Source: Acidobacteriota bacterium
GTDB taxonomy: Bacteria > Acidobacteriota > Vicinamibacteria > Vicinamibacterales > JAKQTR01
Assembly: GCA_026393675.1 (NCBI GenBank)
Contig: JAPKZQ010000030.1
Location: 12,575-76,574, forward strand
Length of the DNA stretch: 64,000 nucleotides
Reading direction: 5' to 3'
The translations under genes and the position numbers were made by a program. Shown here one piece after another: positions 35,501 through 43,666 of this stretch (the stretch's first letter is position 1; every line of letters begins with the position of its first letter). The notes below the pieces were generated by a model. The model did no database searches. It saw only the letters and a list, made by a program, of their open reading frames with translations, and had not been told where the DNA came from.

Positions 35501-36989
35501 CATCGTCATCATCGGCTCCGGCGCGGGTGGTGGCACGGTCGCCAGGGAACTTGCTCCTCTCTGCCGGGATGGCGCGCGCGTCGTGGTCCTCGAGGCGGGT
35601 CCCAAACTGCGTGAATCGGAGTTCACGGGCCGCGAGGTCGAAATGGCTCGGCGGCTGTATGTGGATGACGGCGGGTTCCTGACCGAAGACCGCGCCATGA
35701 CGCTTGCGTTCGGACGAGCCTACGGAGGATCGACGGTCGTCTACACGGGCACATCGTTGACGATCGCCGAGCCGACGCTGGAACGGTGGGGCGTGCCCGG
35801 GCTGACGCATGGCGATGTGCTTCGGCGGTCGCAGAAGTACCTGGCGGACAACAACGTCCATCTTCTCGACGAAGAGGACCTCAATGACAACAACCGCCTG
35901 TTCGCCGAAGGCTGCCGCACGCTCGGGTATCGCGTCGAGCAGTTCCCGCTGAATCTGAAAGGCTGCACAGGATCGAGCCTGTGTAATCTCGGATGCCCCA
36001 GCGGCGCGAAGATGGGCACCCATCGCGTGCAACTGCCGGAGGCCGAACGGCAGGGCGTCAGCGTCGTGACCAACTGTACGGTCGACCGCATCGAAGATCG
36101 CGCGGTCGTCGCCACCGTCAGCGAGCGGTCGTACGGCGAGCCGTCCGCCTGGGCTCCGGGTGAGTACCGGGTCCGTGCCAGAGCCGTGGTCGTCTCAGCA
36201 GGAGCCATCGGATCACCGGCGCTGATGTTGCGGTCACAACTGCCCGCGCCGCTCCCGGCTCTCGGCCGGTACTTCACGTGCCATCCCGCGCTGATCCTTG
36301 TCGCTCAGCACGACCGCCCTATCACCAACTACGCTGGACACCCGAAGAGCTTCTACTGCGATCACTTTGCCGATTCGGAGGGGTTCCTGCTGGAAACGTG
36401 CATGTACTTCCCGTTTACGACGGCCAAGAGCCTGACCGGGTTCGGCGCCGAACACAGTCGCTTGATGCGCGCCATGGACCGGCTGCAGATGATTCTCGTG
36501 CTGGCAATCGATCCGCCAGAGCCCGATAACCGTGTGCTCGTCGATCGCGAGGGCCGGACGGTGGTGCGCTACTGCTTCACGGACCGGGTCAAACGGTCGC
36601 TGGTGCTCGCGATGAGAGCGTCGGCGCGCATTTTCTTTGCAGCAGGCGCGGCCCGGATCCACGCGCCGGCGTCGCCGCAGTTCTTCATCGAGGCCAGCGA
36701 CGTACATCGAGTCGACGAACTGATCCCACTTGATGGTCTCGTGCTGGGCAAGGTCGCCATCGCGAGCGCGCATCCGATGGGGGGATGCCGCATGGGCTCG
36801 AGCCCTACCGAATCGGTCACCGACCATTGGGGCCAGGTCCACGGCGTGCCGTGGCTGTTTGTGGCGGACGGCAGCCTGTTTCCCCGCTGCGCCGAGATCA
36901 ACCCGTACATAACCATCATGGCACTGGCCGACCGCGTCGCCGAAGGCGTCCGCCGGCAACTGCCGGAACTGCGAGCGCTGTCGTCATGA
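35481..36989 (+). CDS. GMC family FAD-dependent oxidoreductase
   Basis: The N-terminal FAD fingerprint DIVIIGSGAGGGTVARELA is present, along with a C-terminal GMC signature region (HPMGGCRMG...VADGSLFP). Confidence 0.88.
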   Translation: MLDRDADIVIIGSGAGGGTVARELAPLCRDGARVVVLEAGPKLRESEFTGREVEMARRLYVDDGGFLTEDRAMTLAFGRAYGGSTVVYTGTSLTIAEPTLERWGVPGLTHGDVLRRSQKYLADNNVHLLDEEDLNDNNRLFAEGCRTLGYRVEQFPLNLKGCTGSSLCNLGCPSGAKMGTHRVQLPEAERQGVSVVTNCTVDRIEDRAVVATVSERSYGEPSAWAPGEYRVRARAVVVSAGAIGSPALMLRSQLPAPLPALGRYFTCHPALILVAQHDRPITNYAGHPKSFYCDHFADSEGFLLETCMYFPFTTAKSLTGFGAEHSRLMRAMDRLQMILVLAIDPPEPDNRVLVDREGRTVVRYCFTDRVKRSLVLAMRASARIFFAAGAARIHAPASPQFFIEASDVHRVDELIPLDGLVLGKVAIASAHPMGGCRMGSSPTESVTDHWGQVHGVPWLFVADGSLFPRCAEINPYITIMALADRVAEGVRRQLPELRALSS

Positions 36990-38710
36990 GGATGCGGGGA
37001 TCCGATCTGGTCGTACGGGCATTGGAGGATGCGGGGGCACGGTTCGCCTTCGGGATCCCCGGCACCCACAACATCGAGCTGTACGACGCGCTGCATCGGT
37101 CACAACAGGTGCTCGCGGTGCTGGTCACCGACGAGCAGAGCGCCGGCTTCATGGCCGACGGCGTCTCGCGCACCTCGTCGAGCGTGGGCGTCGTCAACGT
37201 CGTGCCGGGCGCCGGCATCACGCATTGCCTCTCCGGCATAGCAGAGGCCTACCTGGATGGCATTCCGCTGATTGTCCTGGCCTGTGGTATCCGCAACGAC
37301 ACGGGCCGCGCGTATCAACTGCACGACATCGATCAGCTTGCCCTGCTCCGGCCTGTCACAAAGGCATGTCTCACACCGGCGACGCCGGATGACATCTACC
37401 AGGTCGTTCGACAGGCGTTTGATCTCGCCCAGGCTGGAACACCGGGTCCGGTCGCCGTCGAGATCCCCGCGAACTTCTATCTGCTGACGCACGAGGTGGC
37501 GGCCACGCCGCCCTACAGCGCCGTGGACGCGTCGATGACGGTCGCCCCCGATGCCCTCGCCGAAGCGGCCCGCCTCCTGAATGGCGCGACACGCGTGCTG
37601 CTCTATCTCGGATACGGCGCTCGTGACGCGGGGCCCGCGCTGGTCGCCATCGCCGAGAAGCTCGGCTCACCGGCCGCGACGACCATCCAGGGCAAGGGCG
37701 TGTTCCCCGAACATCATCCCTTGTGGTTGTGGAACGGCCTCGGTCGTTCCGCGCCTCCGTTTGTCCGGACGGTCGCGGGCCGATGTGACGTCATGCTGGC
37801 AATCGGATGCCGGTTTGGAGAGGTCGGCACGGGAAGCTACGGATTCACGCCCCCGGCGACGCTCATCCACGTCGATATCAACCGCGACGTCTTTCATCGC
37901 AACTTCCCGGCGACACTGGCCATCGAAGCCGACGCCTCCGCATTCGCGTCGGCACTCCTGCCGCTCATCACGGCCCGTGAGGAATGGGGCGACACCACAG
38001 AACACATGGCGGTCGGCCATCGCGACCTTCGTGAGACGTGGCTGCGCGACCGGAGCGAAACGAGTGTGACACCGGCCGTCCTCTTCGACGCGCTCCAGAG
38101 CCTGTCGCCCGACGCGATCTATGCCACCGACAGCGGGAACGGGACGTTTCTCGGCATGGAACATCTCAGGCTGGACCTGCCCGGACAGTTTCTCGCCCCG
38201 GTGGATTTTTCCTGTATGGGGTATGCGGTGCCAGCGGCCATCGGCGCCAAACTGGCCAACCCGGCTCGCGACGTTGTCGCACTGCCAGGGGATGGCGCAC
38301 TGTTGATGACCGGGCTGGAACTGGCGACGGCCGCGTCGTACGGCCTCGGCGTCGTGGTCTGCGTGCTGCGCGACGGCGAACTCGCGCAGATTGCCCAGTT
38401 TCAGAGAACGGCGCTTGGCGAAGAGGAAAACAGCGTGCTGCCGCCGTTCAAGGTGGACGCGCTGGCCGCCGCCGTTGGCGCCGAGTACGTGGCATGCCGA
38501 CAGGACGCTCACGTCGCTGGCGCGCTCAATCGAGCATTCGAAGTGGCGCGCGGCGGCAGGCCGGTCGTCGTCGACGTCGCGATCGACTATTCGCGAAAGA
38601 CGTTCTTCACCAAGGGCGTCGTGGCAACCACGTTTTGGCGATTGCCGTGGGGCGACCGCCTCCGGATGCTTGGACGCGCCGTGTCGCGCAACGTGCGACG
38701 TCTCGATTAA
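36986..38710 (+). CDS. Thiamine-diphosphate-dependent enzyme (acetolactate synthase/benzoylformate decarboxylase-like, 574 aa)
   Basis: Its ATG overlaps the GMC stop as ATGA (36986-36989). The N-terminal Pyr domain (GSDLVVRALEDAGARFAFGIPG) and the TPP-binding motif (LPGDGALLMTGLELATA) are present. The track start at 36785 is an artefactual extension. Confidence 0.85.
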   Translation: MRMRGSDLVVRALEDAGARFAFGIPGTHNIELYDALHRSQQVLAVLVTDEQSAGFMADGVSRTSSSVGVVNVVPGAGITHCLSGIAEAYLDGIPLIVLACGIRNDTGRAYQLHDIDQLALLRPVTKACLTPATPDDIYQVVRQAFDLAQAGTPGPVAVEIPANFYLLTHEVAATPPYSAVDASMTVAPDALAEAARLLNGATRVLLYLGYGARDAGPALVAIAEKLGSPAATTIQGKGVFPEHHPLWLWNGLGRSAPPFVRTVAGRCDVMLAIGCRFGEVGTGSYGFTPPATLIHVDINRDVFHRNFPATLAIEADASAFASALLPLITAREEWGDTTEHMAVGHRDLRETWLRDRSETSVTPAVLFDALQSLSPDAIYATDSGNGTFLGMEHLRLDLPGQFLAPVDFSCMGYAVPAAIGAKLANPARDVVALPGDGALLMTGLELATAASYGLGVVVCVLRDGELAQIAQFQRTALGEEENSVLPPFKVDALAAAVGAEYVACRQDAHVAGALNRAFEVARGGRPVVVDVAIDYSRKTFFTKGVVATTFWRLPWGDRLRMLGRAVSRNVRRLD

Positions 38711-38828
38711 CTGGGGACGGTTTCAAAACCTGCGTATGCGGCCCGTCACCAGGCCGTCAGAACGGGTTGTGAAACCGGTTCTCCTCTCGCTCCGGCGATG
38801 GCCCATCCCCGATGGTATGCTCTTGCGC

Positions 38829-39773
38829 GTGCACATCCCTGACGGCTTTCTGAGCGTCGGCGTCACCACGGCCACCTGGGCCGCGGCCACCGTCGGCGTG
38901 GCCTCCGCGCTTCGGGCGGAGAAGGCCGACAGCCATCCAATGCCAGCCGGCATTCTCGGCGCCACGGCGGCCTTCCTGTTCGCCGCCCAGATGATCAACG
39001 TGCCGATCGCGCCCGGCGTCAGCGGCCACCTGGTTGGAAGCGCGCTGGCTGCGGCGCTGCTTGGGCCTTGGCGCGCGCTCGTCGCCATGGCTGTCGTGCT
39101 GACCATCCAGGCCGTGCTCTTCCAGGACGGGGGCATCAGCGCGCTCGGCGCCAACATCGTTGATATGGGTGTGGCGGGTGTCGCGGTCGGGTACGCCGTG
39201 GCGGCGCTCACCACCCGCTGGTTGAGAAGCCCACGCGGATTTGCCATCGGGGTCGTGGTCGGCGCGTTCGCGGCGACCGTTGCGGCATCCGTCCTGACCG
39301 GCGTCTGGCTCGGCCTATCGGGCCTCTATCCGCTCGGGGCCATCGTGCAGGTCATGCTGGTGACGCATGTGGCGATCGGCGTGCTCGAAGCGGCACTGAC
39401 CGGGGCCATCCTCGTGACCGTGCTGCGGTGGAGACCGGACTTGGTGCGGGGTCTCAACACCAGTCATACGGTGAGCCATCCGGCCGTTGCATTTGTCGGC
39501 ATCCTTGGCGTGGCTGTCGTGATCGCGGCCTTCATCTCGCCCTTCGCGTCAGCGCTGCCAGACGGTCTCGAGTATGCGGCCGAGCGCCTCGGCTTTGCCG
39601 GTCGTGCCCACGCCGCGTGGTCGGCGCCCTTTGCCGAGTACTCGCTTCCATTCGCAGCCTCGGGCCGTGTGGCCACAGCGATCGCCGGAACGCTCGGAAC
39701 GATCGCGGTGGCCATGCTGGCCTGGCTCATCAGCCGCGGTCTCCGGGCACCGACCGATGCCATACACCGGTAG
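38829..39773 (+). CDS. cbiM: ECF-type cobalt/nickel transporter substrate component CbiM/NikM fused to a C-terminal PDGLE domain
   Basis: The GTG at 38829 gives the canonical N-terminus MHIPDGFL. A multi-TM CbiM body follows. The C-terminal extension contains the literal motif SALPDGLEYAAE plus a final TM. Confidence 0.8.
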   Translation: MHIPDGFLSVGVTTATWAAATVGVASALRAEKADSHPMPAGILGATAAFLFAAQMINVPIAPGVSGHLVGSALAAALLGPWRALVAMAVVLTIQAVLFQDGGISALGANIVDMGVAGVAVGYAVAALTTRWLRSPRGFAIGVVVGAFAATVAASVLTGVWLGLSGLYPLGAIVQVMLVTHVAIGVLEAALTGAILVTVLRWRPDLVRGLNTSHTVSHPAVAFVGILGVAVVIAAFISPFASALPDGLEYAAERLGFAGRAHAAWSAPFAEYSLPFAASGRVATAIAGTLGTIAVAMLAWLISRGLRAPTDAIHR

Positions 39774-40392
39774 GCGCCACGGCTTCGTCTTCGCATGCGG
39801 GTTGGTCGTCGCGTCTGCCGCGGCCCTTGCGCCGGCAGGCTTGCAGGGGGATCGCCCACCTGTGTGGGCGTGGGGTCTGTGGACGCTTGCCTTCGCTACC
39901 GCACTGTGGGCATTTCACAAAGCGGGCCTTCTCGTCGCCGAAGCTCTGCGACGGATCACCTGGCTGACGCCGGTCGTCGCGGTGTTCGCGCTGCCCGCGG
40001 CGCTACTCGCACCGACTCGTTCCCGAGGTCTGGTGGCGCTGACCCTTTCGGTGCGCGCGTTGGCGGCGGCCGCCGCAGGCGCCGGTATCGCCACCTGGCT
40101 CGGGCCAAGCGGCATCGTCAACGGCACCCGCCACCTGGGTGCGCCGCAACGATTGGTCGATGTGCTCGAGGCGACACTCGCCAGCCTTGCGACTGTGCTG
40201 CGGCAGGTCAGAGCCATGCTCCAGGCACGCGAAGCTCGACGCACACGTTTCGGCGCGTGGAGTGACATGTTGACGGAACCGGCAGACACCGTCCGCGGGT
40301 TCGGCAGATTGGTGGCCGCGTTGCTCCTCCGCTCACTCGAGCGGGCCGAGGCCCTCGAGCGCGCCCGCCGCGCAAGAGGGCTTGAGCCATGA
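39757..40392 (+). CDS. cbiQ: ECF transporter transmembrane (T) component CbiQ-like
   Basis: It is a hydrophobic 211-aa ORF between cbiM and the ATPase. The ATG at 39757 overlaps the cbiM end by 17 nt, and its stop overlaps the cbiO start as ATGA. Confidence 0.65.
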   Translation: MPYTGRRHGFVFACGLVVASAAALAPAGLQGDRPPVWAWGLWTLAFATALWAFHKAGLLVAEALRRITWLTPVVAVFALPAALLAPTRSRGLVALTLSVRALAAAAAGAGIATWLGPSGIVNGTRHLGAPQRLVDVLEATLASLATVLRQVRAMLQAREARRTRFGAWSDMLTEPADTVRGFGRLVAALLLRSLERAEALERARRARGLEP

Positions 40393-41168
40393 GCAGCGAG
40401 CGTCCGCGGGCTGTCGGCTTCGAGGTCTCCGGCCTCACGTACCACTACCCGGACGGATCGGCTGCGCTCGACGGCATCAGTCTGCGTGTCGACGCCGGAG
40501 AACGCGTCGCGCTGCTCGGCCCCAATGGCGCCGGTAAGTCCACGCTGCTCCTGCACGTGGCGGGCCTCCTGCCCGAACGGCGTCGATACCTGCATGTTCA
40601 CGAACCAGGGGGAACCGCACATCGCCATGGCCTGGTGGGACGGGTCGTGGTTGACGGTACGGAACTGGCGCCCGGCAGCATCAAACGGATCCGCGATCTG
40701 GTGGGCATCGTGTTTCAGGATCCCGATGACCAGTTGTTTGGCCTGACGGTTGGTGAGGATGTCGCCTACGGCCCACGGGCCCGCCGCTGGACGGCGACGA
40801 CGACTGCCCACGCGGTCGAAGAAAGCCTGGCCGCCGTCGGCCTGTCCGGATTCGAGCACCGCTCGCCGCACCATCTCTCGGCCGGCGAAAAGCGCCGCGT
40901 GTGTCTTGCCGGCGTGCTGGCGTGTCGTCCCGGCCTGCTCCTGCTCGATGAGCCCTCGTCTGGTCTTGATCCCCGCGGCCGGCGCGGGCTGGCGGAATTG
41001 CTGCGCGGCCTGACCGCGACCATCGTCGTGGCGAGCCACGACCTGGGATTCGTCACCGAACTCTGCTCGCGTGCTGTCGTTCTCGACCACGGAGGCATCG
41101 TGGCGGACGGATCCGTCGCGGCGATCCTCGGTGATCACGACCTGCTGCTGCGGCACGGTCTGGCCTGA
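40389..41168 (+). CDS. cbiO: ECF transporter ATP-binding protein CbiO-like
   Basis: Walker A GPNGAGKST, ABC signature LSAGEKRRV and Walker B LLLLDEPSSGLD are present. Confidence 0.88.
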   Translation: MSSERPRAVGFEVSGLTYHYPDGSAALDGISLRVDAGERVALLGPNGAGKSTLLLHVAGLLPERRRYLHVHEPGGTAHRHGLVGRVVVDGTELAPGSIKRIRDLVGIVFQDPDDQLFGLTVGEDVAYGPRARRWTATTTAHAVEESLAAVGLSGFEHRSPHHLSAGEKRRVCLAGVLACRPGLLLLDEPSSGLDPRGRRGLAELLRGLTATIVVASHDLGFVTELCSRAVVLDHGGIVADGSVAAILGDHDLLLRHGLA

Positions 41169-41251
41169 ACTTCAGACGGGATTGGGGATTCGGGTTAGCG
41201 TTGCCCACCCACTTGGCCCCAACCGGGTCGTCATGACAGAATCTGGCTGCC

Positions 41252-42265
41252 ATGATTGACGGACTCGTCAGCATCGACGCCATTCGCGAAGCGTCCGCCC
41301 GCATTCGCCCGCTGGCCCGGGTCACGCCGCTTCTCGAGGTGACCGACGTCAGCGGTGATCTCGAGCCTCCAGGTCCGCTGTTTCTGAAATGTGAGAATCT
41401 CCAACGCAGCGGGGCCTTCAAGATTCGTGGCGCCGTCAACATGATGCTCAGGCTCCCCGAATCCGATCGGGCCCGAGGTGTCATCACGTTCTCATCCGGC
41501 AACCACGGCATCGCGATGTCGCTGGCCGCGAAACTACTGGGCGTGTCCGCCGTCGTCGTCATGCCGACCACGGCGCCAACCGTCAAAGTAGAGGCGGCCC
41601 GCCGGCTGGGTGCGGAAATCGTGTTCGAGGGCACGACGACGATTGAGCGAAAGATCAGAACTGAGAAGCTGGCGGCCGAACGTGGGCTCACCATTGTGCC
41701 GCCGTTCGACCACGAGTGGATTGTCGCCGGCCAGGGCACGATGGGACTCGAGATTCTCGAACAGTGCCCGCAGGTGTCAGCTGTCTATGTTCCAGCCAGC
41801 GGTGGAGGCATGATCGCGGGCGTCGCCACCGCGATCAAGAGCCTGAACCGGGCCGTGCGAATCATTGGCGTCGAGCCGGCCGGCGCGAACAGGATGACGA
41901 AGTCGCTACACGCCGGTCGCCCGGTCACGCTGGATTCGGTCAGCGGCATCGCCGACGGCCTGCTCGCGGTGCGTCCAGGCGATATCACGTTCCGGCACGT
42001 GCAGGCCTACGTCGACTACATGATCACCGTGGACGATGCGGCCATCGCGCGTGCGATCCGGTGGCTGTTCGATCACGCAAAACTCGTCGTCGAACCGAGC
42101 GGCGCGGCCACGGTCGCCGCCGTGCTCGGTCGCCAGGACGCGTCGTGGTCTCGGGATGGAGCGGCGAGAGTGACCGTCCCGGCGGGAAGCCCGACCGTCG
42201 CCGTGCTGAGCGGCGGCAGCGTGGACGCGACCGCATACGGACGGTACATCACCGGCGGGATCTAG
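41252..42265 (+). CDS. PLP-dependent threonine/serine dehydratase family enzyme
   Basis: The PLP-lysine motif FLKCENLQRSGAFKIRGA is present. A glycine-rich loop (ASGGGMIAG) is present. The 337-aa size fits the family. Confidence 0.82.
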   Translation: MIDGLVSIDAIREASARIRPLARVTPLLEVTDVSGDLEPPGPLFLKCENLQRSGAFKIRGAVNMMLRLPESDRARGVITFSSGNHGIAMSLAAKLLGVSAVVVMPTTAPTVKVEAARRLGAEIVFEGTTTIERKIRTEKLAAERGLTIVPPFDHEWIVAGQGTMGLEILEQCPQVSAVYVPASGGGMIAGVATAIKSLNRAVRIIGVEPAGANRMTKSLHAGRPVTLDSVSGIADGLLAVRPGDITFRHVQAYVDYMITVDDAAIARAIRWLFDHAKLVVEPSGAATVAAVLGRQDASWSRDGAARVTVPAGSPTVAVLSGGSVDATAYGRYITGGI

Positions 42266-42292
42266 CACTCGAAATGGGGTTGGGAGGAAACG

Positions 42293-43567
42293 ATGGCTGA
42301 ACGAGAAGCCCTGATCGACAGGTTTGTCAGGTACGCGAAGATCGATACCCAGTCGTCGGGGACCTCGACGTCGTACCCGTCCACCGAGAAGCAGAAGGAA
42401 TTGCTCCGTGTCCTGATAGACGATCTGAAGGCGGCCGGGCTCGACGACGCCGCGATGGACGAGTGGGGCTACGTGATGGCCACGCTTCCATCGAATATCC
42501 CCTCAGGGCATCCCGCCCGCGGCAAGGTCCCGACCGTTGGCCTCATCGCCCACGTGGACACGTATCACGAAGTCAGCGGCGCCAACGTCAAACCGCAGAT
42601 CCATCGCCACTACGACGGCCGCGACATCGTCCTGCCCGGTGATCCGTCGCAGGTCATCCGTGTGGCCGATGAACCCGAACTCGCGGCATGCAAGGGGCTG
42701 ACGGTCATCACCACCGACGGAACGACGTTGCTCGGCGCCGACGACAAGGCTGGCGTGTCGGTCATCGTCGAGACGCTGTGGCAATTCAAGGAGCACCCAT
42801 CCCGACTGCACGGCCCCATCCGCGTGGGCTTCACGCCGGACGAAGAGGTGGGCCGCGGCACAGAACATTTCGATGTCGTAAAATTTGGCGCCGCCGTCGC
42901 GTACACGATTGACGGGTCCGGCCTGGGTTCGCTCGAAGCCGAGACGTTCTGCGCGGACACGGCGTTTGTGACGGTGACCGGTGCGGACGTGCATCCGGGT
43001 TACGCCAAGAATAAGATGGTGAACGCCGTGCGCGTGCTGAGCGCACTGCTGATGGCGTTGCCGCAGCACAAGACGCCCGAGACGACCGAGGGCCGGGAAG
43101 GATTCCTGCATCCCATCTCGATCTCCGGCAATACGTCCGAATCGAAGGCGCAGTTGCTCGTCCGCAGCTTCAGCGAGGAAGGTCTGCGCGAACTCGAAGA
43201 CATCCTGCGCGACACCGCCGCCTTCATGGAGAAGCGGTACACCGGCGCGAAAGTAGCCGTCGAGATCAAGGACGCCTACCGGAACATGAAATACAAACTC
43301 GACGCCGTCCCGCATGTCGTCGAGTGCGCCGACCAGGCCGTCCGGCGCGCCGGTCTCGTGCCGCAGCGTCTCCCCGTGCGCGGGGGCACCGACGGATCAC
43401 GCCTGTCGTTTATGGGACTGCCGACGCCGAACCTCTTCAACGGCTCGATGAACTTCCACGGCAAAAAGGAATGGGTGCCGCTCGAATGGATGGCCAAGTC
43501 GGTGGAGACGCTCGGCCATCTCTGCGACATCTGGGTCGAGCGATCTGCATTGGGGACGGTTTCATAA
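42293..43567 (+). CDS. pepT: Peptidase T (tripeptide aminopeptidase, M20B)
   Basis: The N-terminus LIDRFVRYAKIDTQS, the metal ligand regions (GLIAHVDT, GADDKAGV, TPDEEVGRG) and the ~420-aa length fit PepT. Confidence 0.82.
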   Translation: MAEREALIDRFVRYAKIDTQSSGTSTSYPSTEKQKELLRVLIDDLKAAGLDDAAMDEWGYVMATLPSNIPSGHPARGKVPTVGLIAHVDTYHEVSGANVKPQIHRHYDGRDIVLPGDPSQVIRVADEPELAACKGLTVITTDGTTLLGADDKAGVSVIVETLWQFKEHPSRLHGPIRVGFTPDEEVGRGTEHFDVVKFGAAVAYTIDGSGLGSLEAETFCADTAFVTVTGADVHPGYAKNKMVNAVRVLSALLMALPQHKTPETTEGREGFLHPISISGNTSESKAQLLVRSFSEEGLRELEDILRDTAAFMEKRYTGAKVAVEIKDAYRNMKYKLDAVPHVVECADQAVRRAGLVPQRLPVRGGTDGSRLSFMGLPTPNLFNGSMNFHGKKEWVPLEWMAKSVETLGHLCDIWVERSALGTVS

Positions 43568-43624
43568 CCGGCGAACTGCGGCACATCGTTCCAGTCGATC
43601 GCCATCAGCTCTCTCCGGGCCCCT

Positions 43625-43660
43625 GGGTTCGTTCCGAATCCCGAACCCCGTCTTCTGGCT
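43625..43660 (+). terminator. Possible terminator between the convergent pepT and ATPase genes
   Basis: Stem gggttcg (43625-43631) pairs with cgaaccc (43642-43648). A pyrimidine/U-rich tail cgtcttctggcttctt follows. Confidence 0.35.
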
Positions 43661-43666
43661 TCTTCC

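Noticed and set aside
38711-38828. A possible cobalamin or NiCo riboswitch upstream of cbiM.
   Set aside because: The region is only 118 nt and I recognise no B12-box or conserved junction sequence. Only a weak 7-8-bp long-range stem is present. This needs an Infernal scan before any claim.
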